A stretch of DNA of 53,965 nt from a virus (taxonomy: Duplodnaviria > Caudoviricetes), in the IMG/VR virus record IMGVR_UViG_3300031689_000007, positions 1 through 53,965 of that record; one strand, 5' to 3'. The notes beneath the pieces are model-generated. The model had not been told where the DNA came from. It was given only the letters and a program-made list of their open reading frames with translations, and ran no database searches. Positions 46,215 to 53,965 of this stretch are shown here, in pieces. Within the stretch, counting starts at the first letter, position 1. Every line of letters begins with the position of its first letter. The translations under genes were made by a program, and so were the position numbers.

Positions 46215-46829
46215 TTACAAGCCAACAGCGTTAGTCATGCTGCTGTAGCCGGGGTTAAGTTTAACCAAAAGATCAGGGAATGCATCACCAATAGGAGAGG
46301 CAGAAGCCACGATACGGAAGGCAGCGGTAGTAGTCTTAGTTGTCGCGTCGACAGCACTTGTAGAGTTACCTGTAGCAGTTCTGCCAGTATTTGTAGACTG
46401 AGCAGCCGCGAAGAAAGTGTTCGCACCTATATCAGACTGGTCCATAGCGCCATCTGCTTGTACTTGGAATAGTACGTTTGGATCATCTACAACATACGCT
46501 TTGATATCGCCGCCATTGGCGGTACCAGAAGGGTAGTATTGCGAGAACGTAGTTTGGCCTTGAGCGTTGGTAAATTCACAACCCACAAACACACCAAGAG
46601 AACCTGTTAGGTTTGTTCCTGTTGGGAATGCGTTTGTACCACCGTCAGAGCCGGTTGCAGTTGATAGTGCGATGTAACCATCGGCACCGATTTGAACGAC
46701 TTGACCGTTAAAGAGGTTTGTTGCCTCTCCAGCAGGGTCGATCAGGTACTGGGACGTTGCCCCAGCGTAGGCCATACCGTCGGCACGTTTTACCGGCTTT
46801 AGGCCGTAGGGAGCAGCTATAGTAGCCAT
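46215..46829 (-). CDS. Capsid cement/decoration protein
   Basis: APYGLKP, GVFVGC, VVDDPNVLF; AGGAAGAG SD; directly upstream of the capsid gene. Confidence 0.75.
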   Translation of the reverse strand: MATIAAPYGLKPVKRADGMAYAGATSQYLIDPAGEATNLFNGQVVQIGADGYIALSTATGSDGGTNAFPTGTNLTGSLGVFVGCEFTNAQGQTTFSQYYPSGTANGGDIKAYVVDDPNVLFQVQADGAMDQSDIGANTFFAAAQSTNTGRTATGNSTSAVDATTKTTTAAFRIVASASPIGDAFPDLLVKLNPGYSSMTNAVGL

Positions 46830-46893
46830 GATGCTCTTCCTCCAGATTTATTTACTGTTGTAGTAAAGAGCATTATTACTCCTTACCATATAG

Positions 46894-47322
46894 TTACCGC
46901 GAACTACGCTTAGTTTTAGTCATAGGCATCCGCGGGTCAGACTCACGCATATAGTTTCTATCAACAGCCTCGGCCTGATTTTGTGCAGACTCAAGCTGAC
47001 CATAGATGCGGTCATCTCTTAGTTCGGTCGGGATAGCGCAAAGCAATAACCCACCAACTTCGATATTGTCTTTAAAACGAGAATCAATATCTGACATGAT
47101 GTGTAGCTCAGGATAATCCTCTGCCTTTACAGGCACATAGCCATCACGAAACCGTCCAGAGACGTTTGTCATATCTGCATTACCCAATGTAGCTGTGCGA
47201 ATCCAGCGGAACGAAAGTCCGTCACGTGGTTCGGGGGTAGGTAGCATAGACGAGCGTTTCCAAGGTTTACGACGTTCTCCCGCTTCGCGGGTTTCGGTTG
47301 TACGAGGTTTTCTATCAGCCAT
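46894..47322 (-). CDS. Head-module protein
   Basis: FRWIR, GYVPV, VGGLLLC motifs. Confidence 0.75.
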   Translation of the reverse strand: MADRKPRTTETREAGERRKPWKRSSMLPTPEPRDGLSFRWIRTATLGNADMTNVSGRFRDGYVPVKAEDYPELHIMSDIDSRFKDNIEVGGLLLCAIPTELRDDRIYGQLESAQNQAEAVDRNYMRESDPRMPMTKTKRSSR

Positions 47323-48265
47323 TTTGCATATCCTTTAGCTTTTGCGCCGCATATTCTTTATTAGATAATCCGAGGCGCTTGGCGATTGCGGCCTCCGATG
47401 AGGAAATGACAACTTTATTGCGTGATGAGGCAGTATTTCTACCACCCGGGGCCACCACGGAGCCAGCCTTACGTTGTGGTTGTCGAACCTCGGGTTCCAC
47501 GTCCGCAAAGCGATCTGGGTATCGAGACCGCATGGCCTCGTTTATCTTACTATAGTACACATCCGTTGTAGAATCAACGCCTGTCTCTAATAGTTCTTCA
47601 TGTACGAGCATAGCGTATCGTGTCATGCTTGTATCTTTCTGGAACCAATCGTTCTCGGCTACCCAATCCTGCGCTTTGCGGTCTGGTTTAGGAACCCGAG
47701 GTGCTGCTTTTGGAGCTTCAGACTGGTCTTGCACAGCCCGTTGCGCCGGTTTCCAGTTCTCTACACGATCAGCTTCCATCTGTAGCTTAGATAGCGACAT
47801 CTGTGCTTCGAGCACGGCATCTGTATCTCCAGCCTCATACGCCTCTTTGTAAGCTCGTTTCGCGCTGTTAAGTTCCGATGCTACACGTGCCTTGGCTTCG
47901 TTAACCAGCACGCCTTCACCTTCAGAAAGGTTTTTGCGGAGACGCGTAGCTTCGTTCTTCTGCGATTCAGCGTAATGAACTGCGACTTCACGTTCTCGTT
48001 CAGCTTCTTCTTTACGGCGACGTTCTTCATGGAACTCGAATTTTAGCTTCTTGATACGCTTCTGTACCGATTCACTGTGCTTTTCAAGTTCTTCGTCTTC
48101 TGGAATATCCGCCTCTGCGTCAGCTGCCCGGCGTGGACGGCCTTTATCTGCGTCTGGAGTATCATCTTCGATCTCCACTTCAAAGTCACCGTCGTCGGAC
48201 ATATCTACTTCAACGGTGTCTGTTTCGAGTTCTTCGTTCTCGACTATTGTATTCTTGTCAATCAT
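47315..48265 (-). CDS. Scaffolding protein
   Basis: Acidic N-terminus, long coiled coil, W...N.WF, AIAKRLGL..EYA C-terminus. Confidence 0.75.
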   Translation of the reverse strand: MIDKNTIVENEELETDTVEVDMSDDGDFEVEIEDDTPDADKGRPRRAADAEADIPEDEELEKHSESVQKRIKKLKFEFHEERRRKEEAEREREVAVHYAESQKNEATRLRKNLSEGEGVLVNEAKARVASELNSAKRAYKEAYEAGDTDAVLEAQMSLSKLQMEADRVENWKPAQRAVQDQSEAPKAAPRVPKPDRKAQDWVAENDWFQKDTSMTRYAMLVHEELLETGVDSTTDVYYSKINEAMRSRYPDRFADVEPEVRQPQRKAGSVVAPGGRNTASSRNKVVISSSEAAIAKRLGLSNKEYAAQKLKDMQNG

Positions 48266-48630
48266 GCTCTGCTATACCCCCGTGGGTCTTCAACCACCGC
48301 TTCAACAGTATCATCGTTGATAATGCGGAACTCTCTGTTGTGTAATTTAAAACGTGTACCTGAATACGAACGGAAGATAATAAAATCACCTTTTTCGCAC
48401 CATGGACCGTCAGGGAAACGTTTTTTGTCTGTATAGGCTCCAGTACCTATACTTATAACATACCCAATAATGGTAGCAGTTTCTTCCATCTTGGTTAAAG
48501 CATCGGGCATATAAACGCCCCCATCTGTTTTACCCTCAAGTTCTGGGATTGCGATAAGCAGCTTATAACCTTTCGGTTCGGGTAATTTTGCCAGTAGCTG
48601 CTCGTCATCTATTTTGTCGGTAGCGTACAT
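48262..48630 (-). CDS. groES: GroES-like co-chaperonin
   Basis: P.GYKLLI, KTDGGVY, GD...YSGT, IINDD.V.AVV. Confidence 0.85.
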   Translation of the reverse strand: MYATDKIDDEQLLAKLPEPKGYKLLIAIPELEGKTDGGVYMPDALTKMEETATIIGYVISIGTGAYTDKKRFPDGPWCEKGDFIIFRSYSGTRFKLHNREFRIINDDTVEAVVEDPRGYSRA

Positions 48631-48715
48631 CTTAGTCTCCTGCAGTGATTAAAGGCTCACAGCGCCTTTTGCATGGATTATTCCACGTTATGTCGTATAA
48701 CTACACGTATGATGC

Positions 48716-48904
48716 CTAATCTTCAATATACTTCTTCTCAATATCTTTAACATCGTTACGTATAGTAGTTAAGGCTTCGTATTTACCTACTAGCCTCCAG
48801 TAAGTCTCTTGATTTTGTGCGCCGCCTTCCGCTAGGTGTTCGGCGATAGAGGTGCGGCTTTCTTCGAGCCGTGTAAGCATGGTATGAAATATACTATCAG
48901 CCAT
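48716..48904 (-). CDS. Hypothetical protein
   Basis: 62 aa; overlaps the end of the portal gene. Confidence 0.7.
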   Translation of the reverse strand: MADSIFHTMLTRLEESRTSIAEHLAEGGAQNQETYWRLVGKYEALTTIRNDVKDIEKKYIED

Positions 48905-51326
48905 CGAGGTTCACTTTCTCTGCAATGTCCATAGCTAGACGCGCCGCGGACTCCTTCTGATCTGTTTCAAGCTCTGCAACCTTAACGCCAATACGTGCCG
49001 CTTCTTTCTCCTCTTCGGAGTCGATACGTGCCTGTTGTAGTCGGGCGTTCTCTTGCTTGGACATAGCGTCGATATTAATCTTCAGCTTATCCATCTCGAT
49101 CTTGTGCTTCAACTCAGTCTCTTTAATCATCAACTCGCGTTGCTGAATCTGAGTAAGTGGATCAGCCTGCTGTGCAGCGGCTTGTTCTGCAGCTGCTTCG
49201 GCTTGGCCTTTTTGGAACAGCTTCTCTGCAGCTTTCGCGGACAGTCGTGAGACCTGAAGCTCTATATCTTCTGGTAACGGTGCCTCTGGGTCTGGAAGTT
49301 CTACGCCTAGCTGTTTCTGTATCTCTACACGATATTGTAGCGCTACGTGCTCCGTAATGTGAGACATCATAGCGGACTGAATTGCGCTCGCGAACGGTGA
49401 TTGCCCCACAATCTGCATGATCTTAGGGTCTTGCATCGCCATCATATGAGTCTGGATATGCGCCTCATGGTCTTGATAAGCAAAGGCTTTGACCGGCTCT
49501 TGTTTTAAGATAGCCATATTCTCAGTTACTGGGTCAGCGGGTTTAATATCTTCGGCTAACGTAATGATATCGTCAGCGTCTTTAATACCCAGAACTTCGA
49601 GCATCTGACGGTGCAGCTTGCCCATATTGTACATTTGTGGTGCTTGCTGGGCCAGTTGAAGTGCAGCTTGATACTGCATTATGCGTTGCGCCATTGTAGC
49701 CGCGTTAGGATCAGACACTGGGATGACATCTACCCGGCCATCAAAGTCTGCTATACGATCTGCGGGTTCGTCCATCTCATACGCGTACTCAGAAGGCATG
49801 TAATCATGTACGATCCTAGCTAAGATACGAAGCTCTTGTTTCATCGCTGCGTGCAAGCGAGCCTGAATACCCGACATTACCTGCATAGAACGCTCCATAA
49901 GCGCCAAAGTCGTTCCTACAGGAGCCTGAGCGTTGATATCACCCATTTGGATGTCACCTACCGCCGCAATACGTCTTCCTTCATCTACGACGTTCCCAAG
50001 TAGTGAGTAGAGTACGCTTGATGGTTCTTTGTAAGGAAGGGGTACAATGGACTCTTTAATCGTACCAGCTGGCACGTCCACGTCACGAAACTCACCCGGC
50101 ATGATTGGGGTGTTGTCCCCGGTGATACGCATGCCTCGGGCTTTAAAGCCTGCTGGGAGGTTAGATAACGTACCTGCATCAATAAGCTGACGCATTATAG
50201 AGGTAGCAGATTTGGTCAAGCCCCCTAGCGTGTGTATAAGCCCTGTACCGTAGAAACCCATACCGGGCAAATACGGATAATGTACGACGTGCATACGCTT
50301 CTCGCGCTTGCTGTCTTCTTCATACCAATTTCGACGGATAGCTAGAATTACGCTAGACGATTTATCAATTGTTACTACATACGGCAGTGAAACACCGTCT
50401 ACATCATCGAAAGGCTCAGGTAGGTCTAAATCTACATGCATTTCTAGAACAGTATGTCGTGGGTCGTCAGAGTAAGTAGCTTCAGAACCTTCTAGTTCGT
50501 TGTACTTCTCTTCAATGTCAGTGACATCTTTAGTTGCTTCAGGCAGTTCGACGTCACGGTAGAAGCCGTTTACCTGTAGTTTAAGTACTTCTTCAGGTGT
50601 TTGCTTCATAACATGCGTAAATCGTGGCGCGGTTCGTAAATTAGACGCACCGTAGGATACTACAAGGTCTTCTGCAGGAACAAACTGGGACACAGGACGT
50701 TCTGTTATAGGATCGAAGTAGATTTTCTTAAATGCGGAGCCAGCCATCGGGAGTTTGAACAACATCTGTTCCATCTCGTCACGGTAATCCGGCATCTTTT
50801 CAGTAATAAGGTAGTTAAGTTCGGTCTCGACACGTTGTGCCTGCTCAAACTTCTCAGATGTCATCTTGCCTACAATCTTGCTGCGTACGGGTCCTGCTGC
50901 TGGGAGAAGTTCTCCCATCGCCTGCGCTTGGAATTTAATCACCGCTTCGGTCATCATAGGGTGGTACACCCCAGAAGCTCCGTTCCACGGTTCGGTACGC
51001 TCCTCTACCTTCATACCGAGAAGGTCCATACCCTTAATATAGGCACTGGCCCATTCACTGCGAGATTCACGATCAGAGGAAAAGTGTTCTATTAGCTCGC
51101 TTGCTATTTCCTCGAGTTCGTCGTCGTCAATAAATTCAGCTAGGTTGGAATCGTGAGAAATATCTTCGTCCATCTCAGGTGTATCACCAAACTCAACCAC
51201 AATAGACCCGTCATCCATAACAACTTCTATAGCTTCTGGGTCTTCCACTTCGATAGTTAAATCAGGGGTTAGCTCGTTCTCCTCAAAGAGAATATCACTA
51301 GGTTCCATAGGTTTTTCGACTGCCAT
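48897..51326 (-). CDS. Portal protein
   Basis: PW.GASGVYHP, GSAFKK.Y, RQLIDAGTLSNLPAG, PVSDPN; follows TerL. Confidence 0.88.
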   Translation of the reverse strand: MAVEKPMEPSDILFEENELTPDLTIEVEDPEAIEVVMDDGSIVVEFGDTPEMDEDISHDSNLAEFIDDDELEEIASELIEHFSSDRESRSEWASAYIKGMDLLGMKVEERTEPWNGASGVYHPMMTEAVIKFQAQAMGELLPAAGPVRSKIVGKMTSEKFEQAQRVETELNYLITEKMPDYRDEMEQMLFKLPMAGSAFKKIYFDPITERPVSQFVPAEDLVVSYGASNLRTAPRFTHVMKQTPEEVLKLQVNGFYRDVELPEATKDVTDIEEKYNELEGSEATYSDDPRHTVLEMHVDLDLPEPFDDVDGVSLPYVVTIDKSSSVILAIRRNWYEEDSKREKRMHVVHYPYLPGMGFYGTGLIHTLGGLTKSATSIMRQLIDAGTLSNLPAGFKARGMRITGDNTPIMPGEFRDVDVPAGTIKESIVPLPYKEPSSVLYSLLGNVVDEGRRIAAVGDIQMGDINAQAPVGTTLALMERSMQVMSGIQARLHAAMKQELRILARIVHDYMPSEYAYEMDEPADRIADFDGRVDVIPVSDPNAATMAQRIMQYQAALQLAQQAPQMYNMGKLHRQMLEVLGIKDADDIITLAEDIKPADPVTENMAILKQEPVKAFAYQDHEAHIQTHMMAMQDPKIMQIVGQSPFASAIQSAMMSHITEHVALQYRVEIQKQLGVELPDPEAPLPEDIELQVSRLSAKAAEKLFQKGQAEAAAEQAAAQQADPLTQIQQRELMIKETELKHKIEMDKLKINIDAMSKQENARLQQARIDSEEEKEAARIGVKVAELETDQKESAARLAMDIAEKVNLDG

Positions 51327-51333
51327 GTTCTTG

Positions 51334-51473
51334 CCTCACTCGGTTCGTTTGAGGGCACTATAGCAGATATAGTGCCTAAATAGAAAGCTATCTTCGTAGG
51401 GTGAGGACACAACTAACGAGGGAGGTTCGGTACGAAGTGTCCTCACGGACGCTACCAACGTCCTGTGGATAGC
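51334..51473. ncRNA. Candidate structured RNA between terL and portal
   Basis: Five stems in about 140 nt, including a 10-bp perfect stem. Confidence 0.35.
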
Positions 51474-51505
51474 CATACTACACATATACACGTATGTCAT
51501 CCCCA

Positions 51506-53071
51506 TCAGTAATACGCCGCCTTACGATGTAAATATGAGTCATCGTCCTCCATGTCCGTAGGTAAACGGATAAATCCACCCTGACGGAATCTTAGGAGAG
51601 CCATAACCGTACTGTCGACTAAGTCATCGTTTGACATGAATGGAAACCCAGCCACTTCTTCTACGAGCTCGTCTGCCCAACGAGTGGCGGGTACCCAGAC
51701 CATGCCTGAAGAAATAATATCTGACACAGAGTTAAGCCGTGCTAACTTATCACCAGTCCCTCGGTGGGGTGTGTACTCGGTGACAGGCAGGCCCATGCGT
51801 CGCATCTCTTGGTAGAGTGCTACACCAGAACTTTTCTTCTCCACAATGAACGCGTCAGGGTCCCAGTGGTTGTACTGTTCCATCGCCAGCTCCTTGAGCT
51901 CAGGAAACTCCAGCCGTTCTTTTATACTGTCAAGTAGAATAATGTTGTGTGAACTTGTTTCCTCGTGAAAGAACACGCCCCAAGTGGTAAGTGCGGTGTA
52001 ATCGGCCCGGTTATGCTTCTCTGCCGCGGCATCTAGGGACATAATTACGTACTCAACCGACGGGAGCTTGTCGTTCTCCCAAATGTTCCACCATTCACGC
52101 TTCACAATAGAAGCTTCTTCGGATGTGGGCTGCTGCTGGTACTGCGAGTTCCACTGGAACGCAGGCATTGAGGCCTTGGTTCGCTTTAACGCCGCAAGAT
52201 CAAAGAACTCCGGCCATAGGGGCTTCTCTATTGGTTTACCCTCTTTGTCTTCAGAGTCTAAAATTGCAGGGAACTCAACGATTTCGTACTGGTCAGCCTC
52301 CTCATTCTTAACCATATCGTTGGTCACACGACCTGTTAGGTCGTCCATATGCCACCTAGTCTGCACGATAGCTACACGCCCCCCGGGCATTAGTCGTGTC
52401 CGGGCACCGAAGGTAAACCATTCGTAAGCTTTTTTAAAGACGGAAAAGTTGCCGTTGATAACATCTTGTTCAGAATGAGGGTCGTCGACCAACAATAGGT
52501 CAGCGCCACGCCCAGCCAAAGCAGAACCAATACCACACGCAAAATACTCTCCTCCAAAATTTGTGTTCCATCTACCAGCTGATTTACTGTCTACCGCAAG
52601 AGAAACCTCTGGAAATATAGATTTATACTCTTCTACGGCAATAAGGTTACGAACCTTACGCCCAAAATCCACCGCTAAGTCTGTGGTGTGTGACACCATC
52701 ATCACTTTTTTGTTTGGGTTCCTACCTAAGAACCATGCAGGGAAGAAAATAGACACAAGCTGTGACTTACCATGTCGTGGTGGAATGTTGACACATATAC
52801 GGTCTTCATCTCCAGATTCAATCGACATAAGCATGTCTGCGAGGATTCTATGGTGCTTCCCTACTATGAACCCCGGCATCATCGCCTTGCAAAACTCTAT
52901 GAGATCGTCATGCGCCGCCTTATTTGCCTTCCGCATGGAGAGTTCTCCCACGATTGTGTCGATCTCGACAAGCTCTTCGGGGCTAAACGAGTCTAGATTG
53001 TCCAGTATGCGCTGGATATCCTCTGGTGAGAAGTCCATATCTTTAGCTAAGTTAGCTAAATTGCTAGACAT
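51506..53071 (-). CDS. terL: Terminase large subunit
   Basis: PPRHGKS Walker A, LLVDDP Walker B, QTRWH, YQQQP, nuclease SLD...DYTA, DDLVDS. Confidence 0.95.
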   Translation of the reverse strand: MSSNLANLAKDMDFSPEDIQRILDNLDSFSPEELVEIDTIVGELSMRKANKAAHDDLIEFCKAMMPGFIVGKHHRILADMLMSIESGDEDRICVNIPPRHGKSQLVSIFFPAWFLGRNPNKKVMMVSHTTDLAVDFGRKVRNLIAVEEYKSIFPEVSLAVDSKSAGRWNTNFGGEYFACGIGSALAGRGADLLLVDDPHSEQDVINGNFSVFKKAYEWFTFGARTRLMPGGRVAIVQTRWHMDDLTGRVTNDMVKNEEADQYEIVEFPAILDSEDKEGKPIEKPLWPEFFDLAALKRTKASMPAFQWNSQYQQQPTSEEASIVKREWWNIWENDKLPSVEYVIMSLDAAAEKHNRADYTALTTWGVFFHEETSSHNIILLDSIKERLEFPELKELAMEQYNHWDPDAFIVEKKSSGVALYQEMRRMGLPVTEYTPHRGTGDKLARLNSVSDIISSGMVWVPATRWADELVEEVAGFPFMSNDDLVDSTVMALLRFRQGGFIRLPTDMEDDDSYLHRKAAYY

Positions 53072-53651
53072 TGAGGCCCAACTCCTTATCTACGTCGATA
53101 ATAGCGCCGTCAATCGTGATCGCATCCTCAATTTCACTGGGGTTTACCAACCTAGACAGCTTTTCGCGTAGTTTATCCTTCAGATCGTCCGATGTTTGGT
53201 GCGTTACGGTCACTTCAGACTTCTCAGCAAACAACCCAACGTCTGATATCTTACCTAGCAGCTCCAACGCACGTATCCGTATGCGTGGGTCAGGGTTTTC
53301 GGTCTCCTCGATCAGCTTATTTGTCACTAAGTGGCGTACTTGCGTTGCACTTTTCACTACAGAGTGTCCGAAATCCTTCAGGATTCTGTCTGTCAACAGT
53401 AAAGTCGCGGGTGTCAACTGGGCCACTCGCTTAGGCGTTGCAACTTTGGATGTTTTGTGAGGGTTCTCAGCGTAAGATACGGCTAACGCCGCTGCTGTAT
53501 CCTTGTCTGCACTGGTTGCTTCAACCTTTAGTCCGTTGGCATGCAGGTATTCTACCGTCTTCGCAGCTGCGGACGTTTTGATTGCAAGGTCCTGCATGTC
53601 CGGAGCTCTGCGGGTCGGTACTCCGCGCTCAGGTTCAATATGTATAGTCAT
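53064..53651 (-). CDS. terS: Terminase small subunit (putative)
   Basis: Directly upstream of and overlapping terL; RIRALELLGK..DVGLF. Confidence 0.7.
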   Translation of the reverse strand: MTIHIEPERGVPTRRAPDMQDLAIKTSAAAKTVEYLHANGLKVEATSADKDTAAALAVSYAENPHKTSKVATPKRVAQLTPATLLLTDRILKDFGHSVVKSATQVRHLVTNKLIEETENPDPRIRIRALELLGKISDVGLFAEKSEVTVTHQTSDDLKDKLREKLSRLVNPSEIEDAITIDGAIIDVDKELGLNV

Positions 53652-53880
53652 TTTTAGCCCTCGTTTGTGGGACTATACAAAATTTTTTACAGCATTTCAA
53701 TCCAGTTTGATAATAGGCGTTTCTATATACGAGGGGGTGGGGTAGTCACGGGCATCAAAAAGTTAGGTAGGGGGGCCCCAATTTCGTGGAAACGTAAAAT
53801 ATTTGCGCAGAATAGTATTATAGAGTTGAGGGTATAGTGCGGGTGTGCAGGGGGGATAGGGGTAGGTGGGGTGTCATATG

Positions 53881-53897
53881 TGTAGTGATCTACTACC
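53881..53897. promoter_or_regulatory. Operator-like palindrome copy TGTAGTG-ATC-TACTACC
   Basis: Matches the 3605/8691 consensus; in the non-coding region upstream of terS. Confidence 0.45.
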
Positions 53898-53965
53898 ATT
53901 TACCCTCTAATACTGTGACACAACACACACAAACACGTATACTGATGTTATCAAAAGCGAAACAT

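Noticed and set aside
51327-51505. tRNA in intergenic gaps
   Set aside because: No cloverleaf with properly placed D and T loops, despite a GGTTCG hexamer.

Overview
The window is a large, probably near-complete part of a tailed dsDNA phage genome, most likely a marine podovirus-like phage of a proteobacterial host (host and ecology are inference). It has two convergent arms that meet at a terminator near 15.5 kb. The + arm (1-15460) holds early and replication genes: a DUF2201-type VWA protein (5'-truncated), VRR-NUC nuclease, dATP/dGTP diphosphohydrolase, family A DNA polymerase (Leu762 type), Cas4-like exonuclease, SNF2 helicase, HTH protein, SSB-like pair and a primase-DUF927 helicase. 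The - arm (53651-15539) holds TerS, TerL, portal, GroES, scaffold, major capsid, small Lys/Arg-rich proteins, tail adaptor/nozzle/fibres, a cassette of signal-peptide proteins, holin, GH108 endolysin, a GNAT acetyltransferase and four probable ejection proteins. No RNA polymerase, integrase, tRNA or CRISPR array was seen. The most unusual items are: (1) a translationally coupled cassette of exported proteins with pilin-like and chaperone-like members beside the lysis genes; (2) a GNAT directly upstream of two proteins starting MCGG; (3) a hydrophobic-x-x-G-G motif shared by unrelated virion proteins; (4) structured intergenic RNA candidates before portal, before groES and after the capsid gene; (5) a repeated 17-bp palindromic operator; (6) a blue-copper-like ligand set in the tail fibre. 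All calls come from reading motifs and synteny by eye; no searches were run.
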